Below the pieces are notes generated by a model. It did not search any database. It was not told the origin of the DNA and saw only the letters and a list, made by a program, of their open reading frames with translations. Below are positions 15,366-24,500 of a stretch of DNA of 37,067 nt, one piece after another; the stretch's first letter is position 1, and each line of letters starts with the position of its first letter. This stretch comes from a candidate division Kazan bacterium GW2011_GWA1_50_15. GTDB lineage: Bacteria > Patescibacteriota > Kazan-3B-28. Position numbers and translations under genes: made by a program. The stretch is taken from NCBI GenBank assembly GCA_001029795.1, contig CP011216.1, positions 565,580 to 602,646 of the forward strand, given 5' to 3'.

Positions 15366-15989
15366 ATGGAGGACGAAGAGATGACCGGGCCGGACTTTGA
15401 GGTGGAGACCGAATGGAAACGCGTAGTAGCGCTACTGGACCGTAAAGACGAACCAGCTTGGGCGATGGCGGTCATCGAGGCCCACAAAGTATTTCGTCAG
15501 GTATTGGGCGAGGTCAGTTTTGGTGCGACCACAGATGACCAGATCCATAACGCCAGCGAATTGTTCAAAGATATTAATAGCGTGTTGGCGGCCGATCTAG
15601 TCCAACAGCATATTGTCAATCAAGTGGGGCATAGAATAACCAAAGCGGACGCGCAGAAAGCATGCGACGCGTTAATGCGGGCCATCTTGGATATGGTGGG
15701 ACGCGATTTCGAACTGCAGGGGTTCTGGCATCGCTGGGCGAATGGGATGAACTATTTTTGGGGACATCACCCGCGGCTGTTGGCGGGTCTATTGGCCAGC
15801 GTACTGATCTTTATAGCTTTGATCTGGTTTTTGGCCGATACCCATCTAGGCCAGTGGTTCACTACCGTGTTGGTAGGGTTCGCTCATTTTGTTTTGGGGT
15901 GGACTGGTCTTTTGATCGGGCTGATTTCGGCTCTCCTGATCTCACTGTTGGTTAGCTTCTCTTATATCGAGCGGCAACGCCGCAAGTAG
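15366..15989 (+). CDS. Hypothetical membrane protein (soluble N-domain plus C-terminal TM helices)
   Basis: 207 aa ORF starting 3 nt after the leuS stop. The C-terminal ~70 aa are strongly hydrophobic (two to three helices) and end in a basic tail RQRRK. No motif was recognised. Confidence 0.5.
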   Translation: MEDEEMTGPDFEVETEWKRVVALLDRKDEPAWAMAVIEAHKVFRQVLGEVSFGATTDDQIHNASELFKDINSVLAADLVQQHIVNQVGHRITKADAQKACDALMRAILDMVGRDFELQGFWHRWANGMNYFWGHHPRLLAGLLASVLIFIALIWFLADTHLGQWFTTVLVGFAHFVLGWTGLLIGLISALLISLLVSFSYIERQRRK

Positions 15990-16040
15990 GGCGTGATACA
16001 ATAGGAGGTACCTAATCATCCCGAATAATAGGAGGTGGGA

Positions 16041-19000
16041 ATGGATTTTGTGCATCTGCATGTGCACAGTCACTATAGTTTGCTCGACGGTTTGAGCAAG
16101 GTCCCAGACCTAGTGAGCAAGGCTAAAACCCAGGGCGCCATCGCGTTAGCCTTAACGGATCATGGGGTTATGTATGGCGCGATCGAGTTTTATCAAGAGT
16201 GCCGCAAGGCCGGAATTAAACCGATCGTAGGCAACGAGATCTATGTCACGCAGGGCCAAATTACTGACAGAGAGCTCAAGCGCGGAGAGAAAAACTTTTA
16301 TCATCTGACTCTGCTGGCCAAAAACTACGCCGGATACGTCAATTTGATGCGGCTGACCACCGAAGCGCACTTGCGTGGTTTTTATTATCGACCGCGGGTC
16401 GACCATGAGACCTTAGGGAAATACGCTAATGGTTTGATCTGTTTATCAGGCTGTCTAGGAGGCGAGCTGGCCCAGACTATTTTGCACGGCGACTTGGATA
16501 AGGCTAAGCAAATAGCCCTGTGGCACAAGAACTTATTCGGTGAAGATTACTATCTAGAGTTACAGTATCATCCCAATATCGCCGATCAACAAACCGTGAA
16601 TGATGCCCTGATTGGGCTAAGTCAGGAACTAAATATTGCTTTGGTGGTGACCACTGATTCGCACTACTTATGCGCCGAGGACGCCGAGGCCCAGGATGTA
16701 TTGTTGTGCGTACAGACTGGAGCAAAGGTCGAGGATAGTAATCGATTTTCTATGCAAGGCGAATTATTTGATCTCAAAGACCCCAAGGAGATCATAGAAG
16801 CATTTAAGCATGTTCCGGAAGCGGTGGCCAACACATTGAAAGTAGCTGAGAAATGCGAGTTGGAGATTCCGACAGGAGGGATGATCTTGCCATCTTTTGA
16901 CGTGCCAGACGGAGAAACGCTGCAGTCTTGTCTGGACAGAGAAGTTGAGCGCGGGCTTGGGCGTCGGTTTGGAGACGTTATCCCGACCGAAGTGCGCGAG
17001 AGGGTGGAGTACGAGATGGCGGTAGTTACCCAGATGGGGTACCAGAGTTATTTTTTGATCGTGGCCGATTTTGTCAATTGGGCCAGGAACAAAGGGATAT
17101 TGGTTGGCCCAGGCCGGGGTAGCGCGGCCGGGAGCATGGTGTCGTATGCGCTGCAGATTACTAACATCAATCCATTGCTTCACGGTTTGCTGTTCGAACG
17201 ATTTCTAAACCCCGAGCGGATCTCGATGCCGGATATTGATCTAGATTTCGCTGATGATAGGCGAGGCGAGGTAATCGATTATGTAATAGAGAAATATGGT
17301 CGGAACCGAGTAGCCCAGATCATCACCTTTGGGACAATGGCCTCCCGGGCAGCGATCCGAGATGTGGGCCGGGCGATCGGAATGACCTACGGCGAGGTAG
17401 ATCGGATCGCCAAAATGGTGCCACCGCCACAACAAGGGAAACATACGCCGTTAGCGATCCATCTGGAAAACGTTCAAGAGCTTAAAGATATTTATGCCAG
17501 TGACCCGCGGGCTAAGCGGCTGCTCGACTTGGCGCAGAAAATGGAGGGGACGATCCGGCACGCTTCTACACATGCAGCGGGGGTGGTGATCGGGGACAAG
17601 GATCTGACCCACTACGTCCCGTTACAATACTCACCAACCGGTGACCGGACGCTGATAACTCAGTACTCGATGTATCCGGTCGAGACGATCGGGCTTTTAA
17701 AGATGGACTTTTTGGGCTTGAAAAATCTGACCATTATTAAAAATGCTCTGCGGATCATTCGGAAGATCCACGATCAAGATGTTGATCTGGATGCACTGCC
17801 GTTCGATGACGCTAAAACTTTTGAACTGCTGGCGGCGGCTAACACTACCGGGGTATTCCAGCTGGAGGGCGAGGGGATGCGCCGTTATCTGAAAGAGCTG
17901 AAGCCAACCGTGTTTAGCGATATCGCCGCCATGATCGCGCTCTATCGCCCGGGGCCGATCGAGCTGATCCCAGACTTTATCGCTAGAAAACAAGGCCGCA
18001 AAAAGATCGAATATCTACATCCCAAGTTGGAACCGATCTTGGACGATACATACGGGGTAGCGGTTTTCCAGGAGCAGGTCTTACAAATAGCCAGGGATCT
18101 ATGCGGCTTCACTCTGGGTGAGGCAGACGTTCTGCGCAAAGCTATTGGGAAAAAGATCCCTAAACTGCTGGCTGAGCAGAAAGAAAAGTTTATTAGCGGA
18201 GCGCTTAAGAACGGAATTAACGATAGCGTAGCGCAACAACTATTTCATTTTGTCGAACCGTTCGCTTTGTATGGATTTAACCGAGCGCATACTACCAGTT
18301 ACGCCACGATATCTTACTGGACGGCTTATTTGAAGGCCCACTTCCCTAACGCATTCATGGCGGCGTTGATGACCTCTGATCAGCAGGACTTGGACAAAAT
18401 AGCCAAGAATATCGCCGAGTGTGAACATATGGGGATCAAGGTGCTGCCGCCGTCAGTGAATCATAGTTTTACCGGTTTCGCCGTGGTCAAGGAGACGGGC
18501 GAGATCACGTTTGGTTTGAATGCGATCAAAAATGTTGGGCAGAAAGTTTCTGATCTGATTGCTGAGGAGCGCCAAACCCACGGTCGCTACGTTGATCTCA
18601 TGGACTTTGTTAAGCGGGCGGGCCATGAGGTGATCAATCGTAAGACTCTAGAGAGTCTGGCGTTGGCGGGTGCGTTAGATGAATTCGCTGATCGGAAAGT
18701 GATATTCAATAATCTGGATCATATTTTAAGTTTTGCCACTAGCTACTACCAACGGCAGGACTCATCTCAAGAAATGTTGTTTGGTGAAGCTGAAGTTGGC
18801 GGGTCAGAAATTATTCAGCTACATCCTAGCGAGACAGTAACGGATCGAGAGCGGTTGACTTGGGAGCGAGAGTATCTAGGCACTTTTGTATCGAGACATC
18901 CTCTGAAAGAGATCATGCCGAAACTGGAAGGTATAGTCCGTCCGGTGAGCAGCCTATCTAATTTGGATGATAACCAAACCGCTCGAGTAGCGGGAGTGGT

Positions 19001-19553
19001 AACGCGAGTGCAGAAGGTGTTTACCAAGACGGGGGATGCGATGGTCTTTGTCACAATGGAAGATCTGGGCGCCAACATTGAGGTTGTTGTTTTCCCGAAA
19101 GTGATGGAGCAAAACCCAGCGCTATGGGAGCGGGACAAGATCTTACTAGTAACTGGTAAGGTGAATGTCAAAGAACACGCCGACGCACAGGGAGACAGTA
19201 TTGTGATGGTGGCTGAACCAAAGATTATTGCTAGTGAAGTGGCGGAAGTGAACGATGCTTATATCGAGCAGTTGCAACGGGCCGAAATGATGACAGCCAC
19301 ACCTAGCCAACCACGCACGATCATTGAAGAGCGGGCGGGGGAACTTCTGATTAAACTACCAAAGGGATTCGGCAACGGGCAGCTGCAAGGGCTCAAGTCT
19401 ATTTTGGAGCAGCACCCAGGTGAAGTCAGCGTAACTCTAGAGCTGTTCGCTCAGGGCCGGTGGCAGACAGTGAAAACCAGTACTAGGGCCAGGATGACCC
19501 CGGCATTAGAACAGGCGATCGTTAATTTGACGACCGAGCAACTTACCAATTAG
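16041..19553 (+). CDS. dnaE: DNA polymerase III alpha subunit
   Basis: PHP-domain start MDFVHLHVHSHYSLLDG, palm/fingers motifs (PDIDLDF, GLLKMDFLGL, RPGP) and an OB fold near the C-terminus. AGGAGG lies 5-6 nt upstream of ATG 16041. The ORF track starts at GTG 16035. Confidence 0.95.
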   Translation: MDFVHLHVHSHYSLLDGLSKVPDLVSKAKTQGAIALALTDHGVMYGAIEFYQECRKAGIKPIVGNEIYVTQGQITDRELKRGEKNFYHLTLLAKNYAGYVNLMRLTTEAHLRGFYYRPRVDHETLGKYANGLICLSGCLGGELAQTILHGDLDKAKQIALWHKNLFGEDYYLELQYHPNIADQQTVNDALIGLSQELNIALVVTTDSHYLCAEDAEAQDVLLCVQTGAKVEDSNRFSMQGELFDLKDPKEIIEAFKHVPEAVANTLKVAEKCELEIPTGGMILPSFDVPDGETLQSCLDREVERGLGRRFGDVIPTEVRERVEYEMAVVTQMGYQSYFLIVADFVNWARNKGILVGPGRGSAAGSMVSYALQITNINPLLHGLLFERFLNPERISMPDIDLDFADDRRGEVIDYVIEKYGRNRVAQIITFGTMASRAAIRDVGRAIGMTYGEVDRIAKMVPPPQQGKHTPLAIHLENVQELKDIYASDPRAKRLLDLAQKMEGTIRHASTHAAGVVIGDKDLTHYVPLQYSPTGDRTLITQYSMYPVETIGLLKMDFLGLKNLTIIKNALRIIRKIHDQDVDLDALPFDDAKTFELLAAANTTGVFQLEGEGMRRYLKELKPTVFSDIAAMIALYRPGPIELIPDFIARKQGRKKIEYLHPKLEPILDDTYGVAVFQEQVLQIARDLCGFTLGEADVLRKAIGKKIPKLLAEQKEKFISGALKNGINDSVAQQLFHFVEPFALYGFNRAHTTSYATISYWTAYLKAHFPNAFMAALMTSDQQDLDKIAKNIAECEHMGIKVLPPSVNHSFTGFAVVKETGEITFGLNAIKNVGQKVSDLIAEERQTHGRYVDLMDFVKRAGHEVINRKTLESLALAGALDEFADRKVIFNNLDHILSFATSYYQRQDSSQEMLFGEAEVGGSEIIQLHPSETVTDRERLTWEREYLGTFVSRHPLKEIMPKLEGIVRPVSSLSNLDDNQTARVAGVVTRVQKVFTKTGDAMVFVTMEDLGANIEVVVFPKVMEQNPALWERDKILLVTGKVNVKEHADAQGDSIVMVAEPKIIASEVAEVNDAYIEQLQRAEMMTATPSQPRTIIEERAGELLIKLPKGFGNGQLQGLKSILEQHPGEVSVTLELFAQGRWQTVKTSTRARMTPALEQAIVNLTTEQLTN

Positions 19554-19566
19554 GAGGTGATGAGCA

Positions 19567-21537
19567 TTGAAGCGGTGGTTAACGGCTGGTCTGATGGCCA
19601 GCATCTTGGCGACTGCCGCTTGGGCAGTCATCGGGCCGGATAGCATCTGGCAGAATACGGTGGTCGACAAGCATCGGACGACTCAAGCTCACGGCGCTCT
19701 GACGGCGTGGGATAACCTACCATTGGGGGCTAGGCAGCCGTGGATATTCGTTCACGGGTTACACCAAGAGAACGATACCATTGATGGGATGCTTCCGGAG
19801 GACGCTAGAAAGTTATTCCAACTGCCGATGACCAATTTCCAGGCGATCTATCGTGAGGATTTTCATCGCGAGCTGCTCGCCCGTGTCAAACCGTTCCTGT
19901 TCACTTACAACTCGGAGCGGGATGATGACGATATCGCCAGGGACTTGAACGCATTGATCGAAGGCAATTCGGAGTTAACTGGCGCGCGAGTTACATTAGT
20001 GTTTTTGGTGCATAGTAAGGGCGGATGTGTCACCTATAACTATGTGGTACATTACGGCAACCGGAAATTTCTGCGTGGGGTGCCATTAGGTTCGCCCCTC
20101 ATCGGAACGGTGGCGGCGGAGCGCGATGAGATGGAATGGGCATCCAAAAAGTTTTACCCGCTGTTTGGAAAGAAACTGATGGCGGTGATCGAAGGCGGAT
20201 TAAACTTCGATGCTCCGGGTGTGCGGTGGCTGCAACGGAATAATCCCGGTCTGATGCAGCTGCATCAGACTCTGCCGTTGGACGAGCGTTGGCGCTTGTA
20301 TGCCGGTAAGATCACGCCGTCGTCCAAAAACTTCATCGCTCGCAATCTTCAATTGGCGCTGCTAGCTGACTCGGTTTTTATCGGACGGTTGGGCAACGAA
20401 GGGGATTTCTATCTGCCGCTCTGCGCCCGGTTGATAGACCAAGCCGGCGGAGGGGCCAGTGATGGATTAGTCCCTGTTGATTCCGCGCAGGCCAAGGGTT
20501 ACATCAAGGGTGCGCTGACGCGGCTGGAAGAGGACTGCAACCATTACGAGCTGCTTCAAGGGAAGCAGGGCGATTTAGCTCTGCACCGGCAGATCTTGTA
20601 TGACCTACTAACATTCGTCCCCGGCCAAGCGCCGGCCGAATTTAAGTTGGATGCGTGGCTACCGGTGGTTCCCATGATCGATCTACCACAGCTGGCTGAA
20701 AGTAGATTAACGGAAGCGCGAGTGGTCTGGGTTGACGGCCGCGGCCAGCTGCAGATAGCTAACCAGGGCGGGACTGATGTTAGGACTTTACCCTTGTCCG
20801 GCCAGTTCAGTTGGCCGAGTTGGGACGGAGACGACATTGTAGCCGGTCGGGAACAGATCGGTTCTAGCGATATTGTGCGGATCCAATCGGATGGTCGGAT
20901 CATGCGGTTGACGACTAACGGGACCAGCACACTGCCGTATGCGGCAGATGGCCAGTTAGTCTATATCGACAATGGTCGGCTTATACTACGGGACCAAAGC
21001 GGAGCCGCCGCGATTATTGTGGCTGATCCACTTGACTTGGTCAGTCCACCGGTGATGTTCGGAGACAAGATCTATTTTGCTCATCAAACTGCCGGGAAAA
21101 TCGATTTGTATTGGATCAGCACCGTGCACCGCCACGCACAGCTATCAGATGCCAAGCGGGTGATGACTGATATCATCCGTCCGATCAAGATCGGGAACTT
21201 CTTACTAGGGTTGAGCCAGACGGGCGAGATCAAGGCCGTTCTGGGCGGTTTTTTGGGATTGACGGGAATGGGCTTGCCGGCTTCCGTCAAGGCCAGCCGC
21301 AAATTGATTCCCGGTCAAGTTGAACTTGATGTTGATGACCTGACCGGCGAGTTGTACCTGGTGGCGGACGGTCAAGTCCGTTACCTCAATGGCTCAATGT
21401 TGGCGAATTATGCGCCAGACTGGGCTAAGGAGCTGACGGCGGCCACGCTCGAGAAGAGGGAGGCCACCTTAGTTATTCCACTCCTGGACGAGCTGGTCCT
21501 GGTTCTTGGGCCGGGCAGCCAATTAGATGTCAAGTGA
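19567..21537 (+). CDS. Secreted alpha/beta-hydrolase (lipase/PGAP1-like) fused to a TolB-like beta-propeller-like C-terminal region
   Basis: TTG start with AGGAGGTGA 7 nt upstream. Signal peptide (ILATAAWA-VIG). Putative catalytic elements are WIFVHGL, nucleophile elbow VHSKGG, GVPLGSPLIG, SDGLVPVDS and CNHYEL. The C-terminal half has repeated DG..l.l/I strands. Confidence 0.6.
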   Translation: MKRWLTAGLMASILATAAWAVIGPDSIWQNTVVDKHRTTQAHGALTAWDNLPLGARQPWIFVHGLHQENDTIDGMLPEDARKLFQLPMTNFQAIYREDFHRELLARVKPFLFTYNSERDDDDIARDLNALIEGNSELTGARVTLVFLVHSKGGCVTYNYVVHYGNRKFLRGVPLGSPLIGTVAAERDEMEWASKKFYPLFGKKLMAVIEGGLNFDAPGVRWLQRNNPGLMQLHQTLPLDERWRLYAGKITPSSKNFIARNLQLALLADSVFIGRLGNEGDFYLPLCARLIDQAGGGASDGLVPVDSAQAKGYIKGALTRLEEDCNHYELLQGKQGDLALHRQILYDLLTFVPGQAPAEFKLDAWLPVVPMIDLPQLAESRLTEARVVWVDGRGQLQIANQGGTDVRTLPLSGQFSWPSWDGDDIVAGREQIGSSDIVRIQSDGRIMRLTTNGTSTLPYAADGQLVYIDNGRLILRDQSGAAAIIVADPLDLVSPPVMFGDKIYFAHQTAGKIDLYWISTVHRHAQLSDAKRVMTDIIRPIKIGNFLLGLSQTGEIKAVLGGFLGLTGMGLPASVKASRKLIPGQVELDVDDLTGELYLVADGQVRYLNGSMLANYAPDWAKELTAATLEKREATLVIPLLDELVLVLGPGSQLDVK

Positions 21538-21539
21538 GC

Positions 21540-21575
21540 AACCGGTCCTGCCGTGTAAGCAGGACCGGTTTTTTT
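21540..21575 (+). terminator. Intrinsic terminator
   Basis: AACCGGTCCTGC-cgtgtaa-GCAGGACCGGTT (12-bp perfect stem) followed by a run of T residues. Confidence 0.85.
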
Positions 21576-21580
21576 GACTA

Positions 21581-21609
21581 TTGCCTGGGGGAGGTGCTTT
21601 TGCTAGTAT
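21581..21609 (+). promoter_or_regulatory. Putative rplS promoter
   Basis: TTGCCT, 17 nt, TAGTAT preceded by TGc (extended -10). The -10 ends 9 nt before ATG 21619. Confidence 0.5.
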
Positions 21610-21618
21610 GCGGAAGTT

Positions 21619-22284
21619 ATGGCTAACCTAGCCGAGCCTATTCTTAATCTGTTCCGCAAGTCATCCGTGCCCCAAATCTCGGTTGGGGATGTAGTTAGGG
21701 TGCACCAGAAGATCCGTGAGGGTGACAAGGAGCGGGTCCAGGTGTTTGAGGGGATCGTTATCGCTAAGCATGCGAAGACATCTCTGGACGCTACTTTTAC
21801 AGTACGTAAGATAGCCTCAGGAGTTGGGGTGGAGCGGACGTATCTTCTCCATTCGCCCAATATTGTCAAAATTGAGTTCAAGCGTGGCTCAACGGTGCGT
21901 CGAGCTAAACTGTACTATTTGCGTAATCTCTCGGGCAAGGGCTTACGGATGAAGGATAAACAGACTAATAAGGTGGCCTGGGAGATCGTGTTAGGGGGCG
22001 AGGCCGAGGTTCAGACCGAGGCGACTGAGGCTGACATCGCTGAGGCTGTAGCCGCGGAGGAGGCCAAGAAGGCCATCGAGACCGAGACGGAGGGGACAAC
22101 TAGCGGTACAATAGGAGAGGAAGGAGGGGCTGCCCCGGCGGAAGATAGCACTCAAACAGCCAGCAAGGTGGAAGATGAAGCAACTAACGCGGGGGGCGAA
22201 TCAGACACCGCTCAACCAACCGAAGCGGGGACCGAGCCGACCGACGCTGGAGATCGAGCGGGAGATTCAGGCGACAGGGCCTAA
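21619..22284 (+). CDS. rplS: 50S ribosomal protein L19 with a ~100-aa acidic low-complexity C-terminal extension
   Basis: The N-terminal ~115 aa are canonical L19 ([36 protein letters not shown]). The ORF then continues through an E/A/T/G-rich tail to TAA 22282-22284. Confidence 0.85.
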   Translation: MANLAEPILNLFRKSSVPQISVGDVVRVHQKIREGDKERVQVFEGIVIAKHAKTSLDATFTVRKIASGVGVERTYLLHSPNIVKIEFKRGSTVRRAKLYYLRNLSGKGLRMKDKQTNKVAWEIVLGGEAEVQTEATEADIAEAVAAEEAKKAIETETEGTTSGTIGEEGGAAPAEDSTQTASKVEDEATNAGGESDTAQPTEAGTEPTDAGDRAGDSGDRA

Positions 22285-22285
22285 A

Positions 22286-22873
22286 TTGGTAGCGGGGGTA
22301 GATGAAGCCGGCCGGGGGGCGTGGGCTGGGCCAGTAGTAGCGGCAGCGGTAGTGCTGCCGGTTTTAGATAAAACTTATGGGATTAATGATTCGAAACAGC
22401 TGACTCCCGATGCTCGCGAAAAGCTATTTAAAAAGATCCATGCGCTCACCAAAAACGTGGGGGTGGGGATCGCCAGTGTGGGCGAGGTGAATCGTTTAGG
22501 CGTGGCGCAAGCTAGTTTTGTGGCGATGCAGCGGGCGGTTGATAGTTTGAGTATTCACCCAGAACATATTTTGGTTGACGGGTACAAAGTTAACTTTATC
22601 CAAGCGCCGTCAAGCGGGGTGATCGATGGAGACGCTAAATCGCTATCGATCGCGGCCGCGTCGATCATAGCCAAAGTTACTCGTGACAAGTTGATGACAG
22701 AAGCGCATAAAAAGTATCCGCGGTTCGGGTTTGCGATTCACAAGGGTTATGGGACCAGCTTGCACCGGGAGCGGATCGAGCGGCACGGCACCTGTTCGCT
22801 GCATCGGAAAAATTTCGCTCCGATCCGTCAGGTGCTAGCGCGCAGCAAAGTTCAGATCGGTATCAATGACTAA
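22286..22873 (+). CDS. rnhB: Ribonuclease HII
   Basis: VAGVDEAGRGAWAGPVVAAAV, DSKQLT and GYGT motifs. The start is ambiguous. TTG 22286 lies 2 nt after the rplS stop. ATG 22175 would overlap rplS by 110 nt. Confidence 0.85.
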   Translation: MVAGVDEAGRGAWAGPVVAAAVVLPVLDKTYGINDSKQLTPDAREKLFKKIHALTKNVGVGIASVGEVNRLGVAQASFVAMQRAVDSLSIHPEHILVDGYKVNFIQAPSSGVIDGDAKSLSIAAASIIAKVTRDKLMTEAHKKYPRFGFAIHKGYGTSLHRERIERHGTCSLHRKNFAPIRQVLARSKVQIGIND

Positions 22874-23225
22874 TATCTCAGGGCAATGGGGGGAGGCGAA
22901 GGCCGCCGAGTATCTCCGTGGGCTAGGATATGAGATCAAGCTGATGAACTGGCGGAGCCGGTTTGGCGAAGTGGATATCGTGGCGCAGGAAGGCGGGACG
23001 GTCGTGTTCGTTGAGGTTAAAACCAGACAGCGGTATCGAGGGATGTTTGGCACGCCATTGGACGCTATTACCCCGGATAAGGTGCGGCGGCTGAGTCGGT
23101 TAGCGGCCGATTTCTCCGCCCAATATAAGCTGAGTCTGCCGATCCGACTAGATGTAGTAGCTGTGACGGCAAATGATACGCCGCGTCTGATCCGAGGGGT
23201 GGAGCCAATTGACATTAACCGATGA
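22866..23225 (+). CDS. yraN: YraN family (UPF0102) endonuclease-like protein
   Basis: 119 aa with GEAKAAEYLRGLGYEI...GEVDIVA...VFVEVKTR, the signature of the family. It overlaps the rnhB end by 8 nt. The rnhB-yraN pairing is widespread. Confidence 0.85.
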   Translation: MTNISGQWGEAKAAEYLRGLGYEIKLMNWRSRFGEVDIVAQEGGTVVFVEVKTRQRYRGMFGTPLDAITPDKVRRLSRLAADFSAQYKLSLPIRLDVVAVTANDTPRLIRGVEPIDINR

Positions 23226-23237
23226 CAGGGGTACAAT
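23209..23237 (+). promoter_or_regulatory. Near-consensus sigma70-type promoter for nusA (inside the 3' end of yraN)
   Basis: TTGACA (23209-23214), 17 nt, TACAAT (23232-23237). Confidence 0.6.
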
Positions 23238-23306
23238 ACCAACTGATAGTAGGAAGAATGAAGTGGGTTGATAGTTCAACCTGCTTCGTTTTTAAATCTT
23301 GCGACT

Positions 23307-24476
23307 ATGAATAATTCAGAACTCATGTCGGCCATCGCCCAGATCGCCGAGGAGAAAGGCATCTCGAAAGAGGCGGTTTTAGAGACAGTTGAGGCTGCTC
23401 TAGCTGCTGCCTACCGTAAAGATTTCGGGCAGAAGGAACAAGTGGTAATAGCCGAGCTTGATCCCAAGAGTGAAAAGACCCGTTTGTTTGTCGTGCATAA
23501 GATCGTCGAGGAGGTAGAGGACCCAATGAAAGAGATCGGCTTGAAAGATGCTAAAAAGATAGACAAAAAAGCCGCGGTGGGCGGGGAGATCAGAGAAGAG
23601 GTCTTCCCGCCGGCCGAGTATGGCCGAGTAGCCGCGCAGACGGCTAAACAGGTCATCCTCCAACGATTGCGCGAAGCGGAGCGGGATATTATCTTCCAAG
23701 AATACAAGGACAAAGAGGGGACATTGATCACTGGTACGGTCCAGCGGATCGAGGGAGACGTGGTGATGATCGACATCGGTAAAACGACCGGGATCTTGTT
23801 CCCATCCGAACAATCTCGCGCTGACCGCTACTACGTTGGCCAGAGAATGAAGTTCTATGTGGTTAAAGTCGACGATTCAGGCAAAGAGCCGCAGGTCCTG
23901 CTATCGCGGTCACACCCTGATATGATCCGAAGACTATTTGAGATGGAGGTGCCGGAGATCGGTGCCGACACAGTCGAGATCAAGGGAGTAGCACGCGAAG
24001 CTGGGGTCAGATCAAAAGTGGCCGTTCACTCGCTCCAAGAAGCGGTGGACCCGGTCGGTTCGTTAGTCGGCCGCCGGGGAGTCCGAGTGCAGGCCGTGAT
24101 GTCGGAGATTGGCGATGAGAAGATCGATATTGTGTTGTGGAATGAAGATACTAAACAGTACATCATCAATGCTTTATCACCGGCTAAGATCAAGGAAGTG
24201 ATCTTGCATGAAGCTAATCATTCGGCACTGATCAAAGTTGAACCCGACCAATTGTCACTTGCTATCGGTAAAGCGGGGCAGAACGTTCGGTTAGCCAGCA
24301 AACTAGCCGGATGGCAGATCGAGGTGGAGAAGGGACCGATGGTCGAAAGTCAGCCGGCTGCGGGGACCGAAGAAACGCCAGCGAGCCAATCAGAGGCAAG
24401 TGCGGAAACGCTTAGTGCTAGTGAGGAGCCGGTCGAAGCCAAAGAGGCTACTTCAGACAAACCAGAGGATAGTTAG
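23307..24476 (+). CDS. nusA: Transcription termination/antitermination factor NusA
   Basis: N-terminal domain (MNNSELMSAIAQIAEEKGISKEAV), S1 domain (GTVQRIEGDVVMIDIG) and two KH domains (VGRRGVRVQAV, IGKAGQNVRLAS). ATG 23307 is chosen over the TTG 23268 of the ORF track. Confidence 0.9.
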   Translation: MNNSELMSAIAQIAEEKGISKEAVLETVEAALAAAYRKDFGQKEQVVIAELDPKSEKTRLFVVHKIVEEVEDPMKEIGLKDAKKIDKKAAVGGEIREEVFPPAEYGRVAAQTAKQVILQRLREAERDIIFQEYKDKEGTLITGTVQRIEGDVVMIDIGKTTGILFPSEQSRADRYYVGQRMKFYVVKVDDSGKEPQVLLSRSHPDMIRRLFEMEVPEIGADTVEIKGVAREAGVRSKVAVHSLQEAVDPVGSLVGRRGVRVQAVMSEIGDEKIDIVLWNEDTKQYIINALSPAKIKEVILHEANHSALIKVEPDQLSLAIGKAGQNVRLASKLAGWQIEVEKGPMVESQPAAGTEETPASQSEASAETLSASEEPVEAKEATSDKPEDS

Positions 24477-24500
24477 ATAGAATAGTAAGGGAGCTAACAT

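Noticed and set aside
16041-19553. Intein or other insertion in dnaE
   Set aside because: At 1170 aa the protein has normal DnaE1 length. No Cys/Ser...HN splice-junction block or endonuclease motifs interrupt the conserved polymerase motifs.
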